37,356 nt of DNA, from positions 33,135 to 70,490 of the forward strand of contig PAUN01000056.1 of assembly GCA_002712885.1 (NCBI GenBank). The letters are read 5' to 3'. A program made the position numbers and the translations under genes. Of the stretch, positions 18,650 through 27,509 are shown piece by piece (the first letter of the stretch is position 1; each line of letters starts with the position of its first letter). Origin of the DNA: Acidobacteriota bacterium. GTDB taxonomy: Bacteria; Acidobacteriota; Vicinamibacteria; Vicinamibacterales; UBA8438. Below the pieces are notes generated by a model, which did not search any database, was not told the DNA's origin, and saw only the letters and a list, made by a program, of their open reading frames with translations.

Positions 18650-20220
18650 TTCACCAGGATCTCCTCGGGAATCGCGGCCGCGCACGGAGCCGGGCACGGG
18701 ATCTCCAGGGCGCCCAGCGCCCGTAGCAGCACCGCGGTCTGCGGGTGCGCGGCGAACGAATTGCCGTACTCGACCCCGTCGGCAACCCGCAACGGCGTGC
18801 GTCCGTCTTTGGCGACCACGTCGAGCCGCGCGCCTCGATCAAACAGATACTGCACCACGCTGTTGGCGCCCCGATAGGCCGCCGCGTGCATGGCGGTCTC
18901 GCCGACATCGCTCACGAAGTTGACCTCAGCTCCGTGCTCTTCCACGAGCAGCCTGACCGCCTCGAGGACCTGGGCTTCGCTGGCACGGTCCTGGTTCGAC
19001 GCCCAGGAAATACCGGCCGCCGCCATCAACGTGGTCGTATTGTCCACGGTGTTGATCGTCGGGTCGGCTCCATGCTCGAGCAATAAACGCATCACTTCGA
19101 CATCGGCGGCCTTAGCCGCGAGCATCAACGCCGTCGCGCCCGTCATGTGCCGGCGATACCGGGCGCCAGACCATCGTGGCTCCTCCTGCGTGTTCCGCCC
19201 GTTGACGTCGGCGCCGTGCGCCAGCAACGACTCGATCACCCGCAACCGGTCGAGGTTCACGACGATGAACTGATCGCTAATGTGCCAGTTGGCCACGTGC
19301 ACCGCGGCCTGCAACGGTTTCCCGAAGATATTGCCCCTCGGCACCGTCTCGGAATCGCGCTCGCTGTACCCGATTTTCCTGAACTCCAGCGGCATCGGCC
19401 GGGCCCGAACCCCCTGCACCGTCAGCCGAGTCGATCCTCCCTCGACGTTGGGGTCCGCGCCATCATCGAGCAGGAGGTCCACCAGGTCTTCGTGTCCGTT
19501 GATCACCGCCATGAGCAACGGACTCGCGCCATCAGGACGCTGCTCGTTCACGTCGGCCCCGGCCGCGAGCAGAGCCCGGACGACGGAGAGGCCCCCCTTG
19601 CGCACGGCAAACATGAACGGCGTCGCGCCGCTGTTCGAGTGCGCGCGGATGTCCGCACCCTGATCGATCAGGGCTTGGACAACGGGAACGTGCCCTTCGA
19701 TCGCCGCCCACATGAGCGCGGATTGTCCGTTCCAGGTTTCTGTCGCGTTGATGTCGGCGCCGGCAACCAGAAGCCCGTGTACCGCATCGACGTGTCCGGA
19801 ACGTGCCGCATGCATGAGCGGGGTCTCGCCGGCATTCACCGCGTGCCGCGGGTCGCTCGGATCAGCACCGGCGGCTACGAGCTGCTCGATGATCGCCGCG
19901 CTGCCGTTTTGCGACGCCAACCCGAGCGGCGTCACGCCATAGTTGTTCGGCCGGTTCACATGGGCCCCGGCCCCGATCAACAGCGCCGTCGTCTCCGCGT
20001 CGTTCACATACACGGCCCAGTGCAAGGCGGTCGCGCCATCGCCCAGTGGCGCGTTGACATCGACCCGCGCCGCGAGCAGCGACCGCACGGCGGCAGTATC
20101 GCCCCGCCGCACCGCGTCGACCAGCGGCACGTCTTCCCCGGCGGCCCCGAGGCTGCTTCCCGCCAGGCCAAGACCGGCCACGATTACCGCCACCGCCGGC
20201 ACACATCGCACTCGCATCAT
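18646..20220 (-). CDS. Secreted ankyrin-repeat protein
   Basis: Signal peptide followed by many G-x-T-(A/P)-L-(H/M)-x-A..G...LL..GADVN repeats. Confidence 0.92.
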   Translation of the reverse strand: MMRVRCVPAVAVIVAGLGLAGSSLGAAGEDVPLVDAVRRGDTAAVRSLLAARVDVNAPLGDGATALHWAVYVNDAETTALLIGAGAHVNRPNNYGVTPLGLASQNGSAAIIEQLVAAGADPSDPRHAVNAGETPLMHAARSGHVDAVHGLLVAGADINATETWNGQSALMWAAIEGHVPVVQALIDQGADIRAHSNSGATPFMFAVRKGGLSVVRALLAAGADVNEQRPDGASPLLMAVINGHEDLVDLLLDDGADPNVEGGSTRLTVQGVRARPMPLEFRKIGYSERDSETVPRGNIFGKPLQAAVHVANWHISDQFIVVNLDRLRVIESLLAHGADVNGRNTQEEPRWSGARYRRHMTGATALMLAAKAADVEVMRLLLEHGADPTINTVDNTTTLMAAAGISWASNQDRASEAQVLEAVRLLVEEHGAEVNFVSDVGETAMHAAAYRGANSVVQYLFDRGARLDVVAKDGRTPLRVADGVEYGNSFAAHPQTAVLLRALGALEIPCPAPCAAAIPEEILVK

Positions 20221-20367
20221 TGACGTCCTGTAGTGACTTCAAATCCTACTATGTCTCGGGCCGCGCAGGAGTGCGATAAGCTTCCCGGCGGCATCGGTCG
20301 AGCATGGCGCGGCGGAGAACTGTACGATGTACCGCGTTCGTGTCGTTGAAGAGTGGAGGCTACCGAC

Positions 20368-21306
20368 ATGAGATTTCGGACCCTGTGCCATCTACTGATC
20401 GGGTGCACCCTGGCGACGGCGGAACAGCCGCTGCACGCCGTACAAACGGACCCGCTACAGGCAATGGTGCTGACCGGTCAGAACAACCACGGATGGCAGG
20501 TCCTCAGCGCCCACTACAAGAACATCCTGGAGGAAACGGGTCTGTTCGAGGTGGACGTGGTGACCAGTCCGCCGCCGGGCGGTGACATGACCGATTTCGC
20601 CCCTGACTTCAGCCGGTACGACGTCGTGGTGATCGAATACAACGGCGATGAGTGGCCGGCCACGGTCAAGCGGTCATTCGAACGTTATATGGAGCACGGC
20701 GGCGGCATGGTGTACGCGCATGCGGTGAACCACACGTTCACGGACTGGCCGGCCTTCAACGAGATGATGGGCATCGGCGGATGGGGTGGACGCGACGAGA
20801 GCGCTGGCCCCTACGTCAAATACCGGGACGGCAAGATGGTGCTCGACCACCGTCCCGGACACGCCGGAGAGTGCGTGGACGCCCACGCGTTCTCCGTCGT
20901 CACCCGCGACACGGCACATCCGATCATGCGTGGGCTTCCCTCTGCGTGGCTCCACGGAACCGACGAGCTCTACAGCAACCAACGGGGTCCGGCCAAGAAT
21001 ATGACCATCCTGGCCACCGCCTATTCAGACCCCGCTCGCGAAGCGCACTGGGGGGTCGAAACCCACGGCACCGGAGAACACGAGCCGATGATCTACACCA
21101 TCGGATACGGGGAGGGTCGGGTGTTCGGCACCGCGATGGGCCACGTTGACGGCGGCGCGCCGGTCGATTCGGAGCCGTGGCCAGCCATCGACTGCGTGGG
21201 GTTCATCACGTTGATCCAGCGTGGGACCGAGTGGGCGGCGACAGGCGCGGTCACCCAGACCGTTCCGGACGCCTTTCCGACCGCGACCGAGGTCAGTCTC
21301 CGGTAG
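20368..21306 (+). CDS. ThuA-like domain protein (class I glutamine amidotransferase-like fold), secreted
   Basis: LTGQNNHGW, FSRYDVVV..Y, GGGMV..H, HPIMRGLP..W.H..DELY, EPMIYT..YGEGRVF..MGH, RGTEWAATG; GGAGG RBS before ATG 20368. Confidence 0.85.
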   Translation: MRFRTLCHLLIGCTLATAEQPLHAVQTDPLQAMVLTGQNNHGWQVLSAHYKNILEETGLFEVDVVTSPPPGGDMTDFAPDFSRYDVVVIEYNGDEWPATVKRSFERYMEHGGGMVYAHAVNHTFTDWPAFNEMMGIGGWGGRDESAGPYVKYRDGKMVLDHRPGHAGECVDAHAFSVVTRDTAHPIMRGLPSAWLHGTDELYSNQRGPAKNMTILATAYSDPAREAHWGVETHGTGEHEPMIYTIGYGEGRVFGTAMGHVDGGAPVDSEPWPAIDCVGFITLIQRGTEWAATGAVTQTVPDAFPTATEVSLR

Positions 21307-21413
21307 TGCGTGGACACGCTCGTGCCCCATCGAACCGACGCGTACCATGACGCATGGTCCTAGTCTCGGCCGTCGGCACACTGCCCCGCATCGGGCCCCA
21401 AGGGAGTTTTCAG

Positions 21414-22466
21414 ATGACAGCCCATCGTGTCTTCGTGTCGCACACCATGTTCCTCTTTGCCGCCACGTTGCTGGTGTCTCTGGCCGCCAGCCCGGCCGCG
21501 GCCCAGACGCTGCGCACGGCCGATGGCCGGCCCGACCTGCAGGGGGTGTGGGACTTTCGCACCATGACGCCGCTCCAGCGCCCGAGTGACCTGGGCGAGA
21601 AGGCGTTCCTGACGGCCGAAGAGGCCGCGGCTCAAGAAGCCGGTGTGGCTGAACGCCGGGCGCGATTGCTCGAGCCGAGCGAGGTGCGCACCGAACCGCT
21701 ACCGGCCGGTGGCGGTGGCCGCGCAATCGGTGGCTACAACGACTTCTGGCTCGACTACGGCACCACGATCGTGGACAACCGCCGAACGTCACTGATCGTC
21801 GATCCGGCCGACGGGCGTCTGCCCGCGCTGACACCGGAGGGCGAGGCGCTACGACAGGTCGGCTCACTCATGGAGGACCTGCCGATCGAAGGACTCGTAC
21901 GCGTCCGTAGCGCCGGGACCGGGTCCGACCACCCGGAAGACCGCGGGCTGGCCGAGCGCTGTCTGGTCGGATTCAACAGCGGACCGCCGATGATGCCGAG
22001 CGGCTACAACAACAACATGCAACTGTTCCAGACGCCGGGCGCGGTGGTCATCCTCAATGAGATGGTGCACGACGTCCGCATCATCCCGCTCGACGCACGG
22101 CCGCATCTTCCGGGCTCCGTCCGCCAGTGGGCCGGTAGCTCGGTGGGTCGCTGGGAGGGCGACACGCTCGTGGTCGAAACGACGAACATGACCGACAAGA
22201 CGGCGAGCTTCGAACCATCGGCCACGACCGCGATCGGCACCGGTGTCACGATGACGTTGACGGAACGGTTCAGCCGACTGAACGAAGACACGCTGCTCTA
22301 CGAGTACACCGTCGACGACCCGACCATTTTTGCCGGTCCGTTCACCGTCGCCGTCCCGATGCGCCGGTCCGACGAGCCGATGTTCGAATACGCGTGTCAC
22401 GAGGGGAACTACGGCCTGCTGAATATCCTGATCGGAGCCCGGGTGACGGAGGCGGCCGCACGCTAG
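21414..22466 (+). CDS. Conserved secreted hypothetical protein
   Basis: Signal peptide; GRPDLQGVW..TPLQRP, RTSLIVDP.DGRLP, ERC, GRWEGDTLVVETTN and FEYACHEGNY motifs; GGGAG upstream of ATG 21414. Confidence 0.8.
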   Translation: MTAHRVFVSHTMFLFAATLLVSLAASPAAAQTLRTADGRPDLQGVWDFRTMTPLQRPSDLGEKAFLTAEEAAAQEAGVAERRARLLEPSEVRTEPLPAGGGGRAIGGYNDFWLDYGTTIVDNRRTSLIVDPADGRLPALTPEGEALRQVGSLMEDLPIEGLVRVRSAGTGSDHPEDRGLAERCLVGFNSGPPMMPSGYNNNMQLFQTPGAVVILNEMVHDVRIIPLDARPHLPGSVRQWAGSSVGRWEGDTLVVETTNMTDKTASFEPSATTAIGTGVTMTLTERFSRLNEDTLLYEYTVDDPTIFAGPFTVAVPMRRSDEPMFEYACHEGNYGLLNILIGARVTEAAAR

Positions 22467-22572
22467 GTTTCCGGGCGAGGCGTTCGTCTGGCCAGGCGCA
22501 AGGAGGGAGCAGCCAGGCGGGCTGTGACCGACGCAGTAACGCCGCCAGACGGACGCCTCGCTCGGAAACCTA
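22464..22572. mobile_element. 109-bp MITE/REPIN-like element with 29-bp terminal inverted repeats, TA-flanked
   Basis: Left arm TAGGTTTCCGGGCGAGGCGTTCGTCTGGC (22464-22492) matches the reverse complement of 22544-22572 at 27 of 29 positions. It fills the whole gap between two convergent genes. Confidence 0.7.
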
Positions 22573-23505
22573 AAGCACCGCTGGGACCCGCACCAGCAGG
22601 TAGGTGATGTGTCCCCCCTCGGGCACCAGGTACCCGTGGGGCGTCGCGGCCGGGATGTGAAGCATGTCCCCAGCGGCTACGGGATACCGCGTCCCGCCGG
22701 CGATCCCTGAACCGAACGTCCCATCCCGATCGAGCATCTCGCCGCCGACCAGCAACTCCCCCGCCCCGCTCTTCACGAACACCAGGTCAATGATGTCATC
22801 GTGAATCTCTGGACGCCCGTCGGCGTCGCGATGGATGAACCGGAAGCGATGGGACCGTGTCGGACTCCCGAAATCGGCGAGCGTTTCGCGGGCGGACCGA
22901 TCGGGTCGGATTCTCGTGGCCAGCGACGCGTCTCGGCGCGCCAGATCGTCGGCGCCCCACCGCACGAAGCCGGGTGGTTGTAAGTCGAGAACAGGCGCGT
23001 CGTCAGGGATCACACCCCCGGCGAGCAGCGCGGGAATGCGCACGAGCACGTACGTGACGTAACCTTTCTCAGGCACCAGATAGCGGTGCGGGGTATCGGC
23101 CGGAATACGCAGAATGTCGCCTGGGCCAACGATGTGCCGCACACCGCCGGCGATGTCAGTGCCGGTGTATTCGCCATTCTCGCCGCCGGAACTGTCGACC
23201 AGATCGCCGCCCACGAGCAACGTGGCCGACCCGCTGCAGATGTAGACGACATCGTCGATGTTCGCATGCTGCTCAGGCACGCCGTCCGCGTTCCGATGGA
23301 TGAGTCGGAAGCGATGGGACCCACTAGGGTCACCGTATTCCGCGAGCGTCTCGCGGGCCGAATGATCGGGGCCCACACGCGCGGACAGGGCCGCGTGCCG
23401 CCCCCGCAGATCGGCCGCGGTCCACTTGACGAAACCAAGCTCCTCGGTCTGCAGGGCTGGGAGCGCGACCGCCGCCGCGAGAATGAACCGAAGTGACGTC
23501 GTCAT
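22570..23505 (-). CDS. Secreted protein with two tandem cupin domains
   Basis: Two similar halves, each with PE(Q/I)H....D..V..SG...LLVGG and GD(I/M)L(R/H)IPA.TPH; AAGGAG before ATG 23505; N-terminal hydrophobic signal. Confidence 0.82.
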   Translation of the reverse strand: MTTSLRFILAAAVALPALQTEELGFVKWTAADLRGRHAALSARVGPDHSARETLAEYGDPSGSHRFRLIHRNADGVPEQHANIDDVVYICSGSATLLVGGDLVDSSGGENGEYTGTDIAGGVRHIVGPGDILRIPADTPHRYLVPEKGYVTYVLVRIPALLAGGVIPDDAPVLDLQPPGFVRWGADDLARRDASLATRIRPDRSARETLADFGSPTRSHRFRFIHRDADGRPEIHDDIIDLVFVKSGAGELLVGGEMLDRDGTFGSGIAGGTRYPVAAGDMLHIPAATPHGYLVPEGGHITYLLVRVPAVL

Positions 23506-23524
23506 GACCCGCTCCTTTGACGAT

Positions 23525-23952
23525 TCAGTGTGCCCACGGATCGTAGTCTCCGAAGCTCCACACATACCCCTCGAGATCCTTGCAGGTGTGTCCGCGGCCG
23601 CCGTAGTCCTGGTCCTGGATGTCCAGCACCATCTTGGCCCCGGCCGCCTTGGCGCTCGCATAGTGGGCGTCGGCGTCTTCCACGATCACGTAGGCGCTCT
23701 GCGTGTTGGTGCCGGCCTCAGCCGGAGTGGAGACGAGGTCGTCGTAGCCGCCGCTGTGCGTGGACGCGCTTCCGGGCATGATCATGCTGTGGCCGAAGAC
23801 CAACTGGGCGTGCGCGATGGTTTCACCCTCGCCCGGCACGACGAGCTGCTTCTCGAAACCGCACGCGCGGCACAGCACTCGATCGCTTTCTGAGCATCCT
23901 TGTAGCGAAAACCGGGGATCAGAGTAGCGGTCGTGTCTTTGGGTCTAGCCAT
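23525..23952 (-). pseudogene. VOC/glyoxalase/bleomycin-resistance family gene with a 1-nt deletion frameshift near 23876
   Basis: ATG 23952 (AGGAGAAG upstream) reads MARPKDTTATLIPGFRYKDAQKAIE. The sequence then reads GAG TG- CTG TGC (TGG missing one G), and the rest, LCRACGFEK..HAQL..DADAHY..AKAAGA..QDYGGR..DLEGYVWSFG, is in another frame. Confidence 0.8.
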
Positions 23953-24185
23953 GGGTGCTTCTCCTAGTGTCCCGCGCGGACCATCGGGTACGGCCGAGCC
24001 CGGTTAACGGTATTGGACCGCCCGACTCAATGCAATGCGTGGTTGCACCACGGGCCGCACGCCCGAGTCGCTCACATTCGGGCCAATCTGTCGTCTCCCC
24101 TCCCGTGCCGGGGTAACATCCCGCACCTGACTTGTGGGTCACTCAGTTCCCGCATCCAGAATCGCGTCCAACGGAAGGAACAACC

Positions 24186-24800
24186 ATGGCGGAAGAAGAC
24201 GTCCAGGCAGCCACGCCGGAACCGGAGCTCGCGCCGTACCTGCTCGAATCCGCTCGTTCGAGCCGTTCGAAGTGCCGTACCTGCAGACGAAAAATCGACA
24301 AGGATACGCTACGGCTCGGGATTCTCCTCGAAGGCCCATTTGGCACGGGCTACCTGTGGCATCACCTCACCTGCGCCGCGCGGCGTCGACTCGAGGACGT
24401 CGAAGCCGCGTACGAGCAACAGGCGTTCGCCGATGGACTGCAGGTGCCCCCACTGGCCGAACTCCAGGCGCTCAAGGAGAAGGCGGAGCAAGCACGGGCG
24501 GAGCGTAAGGAGCTGCCATACATGGAACGCGCCCCGAGCGGGCGGTCGAAGTGCAAGAACTGCGGCAAGGCCATCGACCAGGACGCGCTGCGCGTGGTGC
24601 TGGCGCGGGAGGTCTCCTTCGGCAACCAGGTCCGAGCGACCCCAATCAACGTCCACCCCGAATGTGTCCACGCGGAACTCGAATCGGAGGACTGCATGAC
24701 CGAGGTCGAAGGCTTCGAGGCCCAGCTGCGCCAGAACAGCACGCTCGAATCGTCGGTCGTTGACGAAGCCGTGGCGGCCATTGGCGTGCTCGAAGGCTAG
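24186..24800 (+). CDS. Protein with two PARP-type zinc fingers
   Basis: E.ARSSRSKCRTC-x26-HLTC and ERAPSGRSKCKNC-x30-HPEC both match the zf-PARP pattern A.S.R..C-x2-C...I....LR...H-x2-C; GGAAGGA RBS before ATG 24186. Confidence 0.85.
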   Translation: MAEEDVQAATPEPELAPYLLESARSSRSKCRTCRRKIDKDTLRLGILLEGPFGTGYLWHHLTCAARRRLEDVEAAYEQQAFADGLQVPPLAELQALKEKAEQARAERKELPYMERAPSGRSKCKNCGKAIDQDALRVVLAREVSFGNQVRATPINVHPECVHAELESEDCMTEVEGFEAQLRQNSTLESSVVDEAVAAIGVLEG

Positions 24801-25044
24801 CCGTGTCTTCGCCTGGTTCGCGAGGCGCCCTGTGGACGGCGCTCACGGTCCTGCGGACCGGCATTGCGGCCCCTCTACGGGACGAGAGCGAGCCAACGGC
24901 GTATGTGCGTCTGGGGTTCCCCTTTTGAGCCCGAACCAACCTGGAGCTTGGTCCAGGACCTCACGCGGGCGCTGTGCGGGGTCCCCGCTGTACCCCACTC
25001 CGCGCCCGGCCGTCCGGGCTCGCCATCTCCTACTGTTCGCGCTC

Positions 25045-27435
25045 ATGGCCGCGCCAGCGGCAGCCATCGCGCAGCCCCCAGTGACGGTAACCGGGCACGT
25101 CATCGACGGTGTCACCCAGGAGCCGCTGGCCGGGGTGCGGGTCGAAAGCGGCCACGACGTGGTGACCACCGAGCTGGGTGGCCGTTTCTCTATCGATGTC
25201 GGCGTGGCCGACACCACACTGCGATTTCAAGCCGACGGATACCTGGACACGGTCGCTCCCATCGACGGGCCGGAGCTGGAGGTTCGACTCTTCCCGAACG
25301 CGTTCGCCGAAACCGTGGAGGTGCTCTCGGGAACCGACCCGCAGGAGCGACCCTCATCGACCCCGGTCACCCCGGCCGACGTCTTTCAAGCGCCCGGCAG
25401 CATCGACAACGTCTTCCGGACACTCGACACCCTGCCTGGGATTGCATCCACCGACGACTTCGGCAGCCGGCTCGCGGTGCGCGGCGGCACCCCTGACCAG
25501 AACCTGACGGTGATGGACGGCGTCGAGGTGCACAACCCGTATCGTCTCTTTGGCATAGCCAGCGCGTTCAACCCCGAAACGGTCGAAAATTTCCAACTGA
25601 GCGCCGGCGGATTCGGCGCGGCGTATGGCGATCGATTGTCGTCCCTGCTGATCGTCGAGAACCGCCCTGGCGACGACGAGTTCGGGGGGGCTGGCGCGTT
25701 GAGCGTGACGGATGCCAACGTCGTGCTGGAAGGGGCGACGCCCGTTGGAGACAACGGCACCTGGCTCTTCAGCGCCCGGCGCACGTACTACGACCTGGTC
25801 GTGGGGCGTCTGCAAGATCAGACGTTCCCGTCGTTCGCGGACCTCCAGCTGCAAGCGGGATGGGAGTTCGGCGCGGGACATCGGCTGACACTCACGGGAC
25901 TGCGCAGTATCGAAGACGCCGACTTGAACTTCGACGTCAACCGGGAGGGCGAGCGGGCCGCGCTGGGGTCGGACGTGACCAATGGACTGGCGTCGGCCCG
26001 TCTCGATGCCATCCTCGGCGAGCGGGCCACGTCGACGACCATCGTGTCGTGGTATCGCAACCGGGAGCAGTTCAACTTCGACGGTCAGGTGCGCGCCGAC
26101 GCGAGGCGCTCGAACACCCCGGACAACGACCTCGCATTCGGACTCAACACCATCCTCTTCGACCGGTCGTTCGACGTTCGTGACGTCTCGATGCGACAGG
26201 AACTCGGGATTCAGGTATCACCCCGACACCTCCTCGGCGCCGGCATCGAGCTGCATTACCTCGAAACGGGTGTCGGCTTCACCATCGTGGGGGACCGGAA
26301 CCAGACCCAGGCGAACGGCTCGAGCATTCGGGGAGGCGCGGGCCTGCCCGACAACCTGCAGTCCGCGCTGCGCGGCACGCGGGGCGGACTCTGGCTACAG
26401 GACACCTACACCCCGTCCCCCCGCGTATCGTTCGAACCAGGTCTGCGGGTGGACTGGAGCACCATCAACGGCGGCACCACACTGTCACCCCGCATCGCGG
26501 CGAGCTACGCGGTGGGCCGTGGCGCGCGCGTGCGCGTGGCCGGCGGGTTGTACACACAGAGCCCCGGCTACGAAAAACTCACCCAGTCGGACTACTTCCT
26601 CGATCTGTCGAGTCCGCGTGAGCAAGGTCTGCGGCACGAGCGGGCGACACACGTCGTAATCGGCCTCGAGCAGGCATTGGCTAGCGCGTTGACGGCGCGG
26701 GTCGAGGGCTACTACAAGCGCTTCGACGATCTGCTCCTGGGCCGCCTCGAGAACGAGCCTGAGCGACTCGAGCGGGTGGCGCAGTACGACTTTCCAGAGC
26801 CCCTGAGCGCGAGTGTACCCACCGCACCGCTGATTCTGAGCGCCCCCTCGAATGACGCCGGGGGCACAGCCTACGGACTCGACGTGTTCCTTAGTCACAC
26901 CGACGCGGCGGCGCGGCTCACAGGGTGGCTCTCCTACGCGTGGGGTCGGGCGAATCGCGAGAGCTACGGCCGGCGGTACGCGTTCGAATACGACCGACGC
27001 CACGCGTTCAACGCGGTGGGTCGCTATCGGCTCACCCGGCGGTGGGACGTGGCAGCGACGGCCCGACTCGCCAGCGGTTTCCCGCACACGGCCCCGGTCG
27101 GGGTGCGAATCTCGGCCATCGAGGATGATCGGGGCCGACTGGTGCCGGAGACGGACTCAACCGGCGCCTTCATCTACACGGTCGACTACGGCAGCGTGGA
27201 CAACCTCAACGAAGCCAGGCTGCCCTACTATGCCCGTCTCGATGTCAGAGCGACGTATCGGCGAGCCCGGTGGTCGCTCTACGTCGAGGTGCTCAACCTG
27301 CTCGGTCGGGACAACGCGATCAGCCTGGACCCGCGGCTTAGGCACGACCCTGACTCGACAATGCCCCGAGTCTCGGAAGTGCCGTCTGAAGGTTTCCCGC
27401 GTATTCCAACGTTTGGTCTGCGCGTGCGGTTTTAG
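25045..27435 (+). CDS. TonB-dependent receptor with N-terminal carboxypeptidase-regulatory-like domain (start uncertain, 24925-25045)
   Basis: VTGHVID..TQEPLAGVRV, plug motifs LPGI..VRGG.PDQN..MDG and GGFGAAYGDRLSS, barrel strands SPRIAASY, GWLSY, RLDVR, EVLNLLGRDN, and C-terminal FGLRVRF ending in Phe. Confidence 0.88.
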   Translation: MAAPAAAIAQPPVTVTGHVIDGVTQEPLAGVRVESGHDVVTTELGGRFSIDVGVADTTLRFQADGYLDTVAPIDGPELEVRLFPNAFAETVEVLSGTDPQERPSSTPVTPADVFQAPGSIDNVFRTLDTLPGIASTDDFGSRLAVRGGTPDQNLTVMDGVEVHNPYRLFGIASAFNPETVENFQLSAGGFGAAYGDRLSSLLIVENRPGDDEFGGAGALSVTDANVVLEGATPVGDNGTWLFSARRTYYDLVVGRLQDQTFPSFADLQLQAGWEFGAGHRLTLTGLRSIEDADLNFDVNREGERAALGSDVTNGLASARLDAILGERATSTTIVSWYRNREQFNFDGQVRADARRSNTPDNDLAFGLNTILFDRSFDVRDVSMRQELGIQVSPRHLLGAGIELHYLETGVGFTIVGDRNQTQANGSSIRGGAGLPDNLQSALRGTRGGLWLQDTYTPSPRVSFEPGLRVDWSTINGGTTLSPRIAASYAVGRGARVRVAGGLYTQSPGYEKLTQSDYFLDLSSPREQGLRHERATHVVIGLEQALASALTARVEGYYKRFDDLLLGRLENEPERLERVAQYDFPEPLSASVPTAPLILSAPSNDAGGTAYGLDVFLSHTDAAARLTGWLSYAWGRANRESYGRRYAFEYDRRHAFNAVGRYRLTRRWDVAATARLASGFPHTAPVGVRISAIEDDRGRLVPETDSTGAFIYTVDYGSVDNLNEARLPYYARLDVRATYRRARWSLYVEVLNLLGRDNAISLDPRLRHDPDSTMPRVSEVPSEGFPRIPTFGLRVRF

Positions 27436-27443
27436 GACTCAGA

Positions 27444-27464
27444 CGGGGCTGCGCCCCGAACCCC
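27444..27464. repeat. GC hairpin CGGGGC-TGC-GCCCCG plus AACCCC (REP-like or terminator-like)
   Basis: Perfect 6-bp stem starting 9 nt after the receptor stop codon, between convergent genes. Confidence 0.45.
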
Positions 27465-27509
27465 ACGCGGCCACCTGTTTCGTTGCACAGCGGTCCTGCG
27501 GGTGGTCTC

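Noticed and set aside
18646-20220. Repetitive DNA that could be a CRISPR or tandem array
   Set aside because: The repeats are degenerate protein-level ankyrin repeats; there are no identical direct repeats with spacers and no cas genes.
23506-23661. Longer start for the cupin gene
   Set aside because: It overlaps the VOC gene; ATG 23505 has an AAGGAG RBS and a signal peptide.
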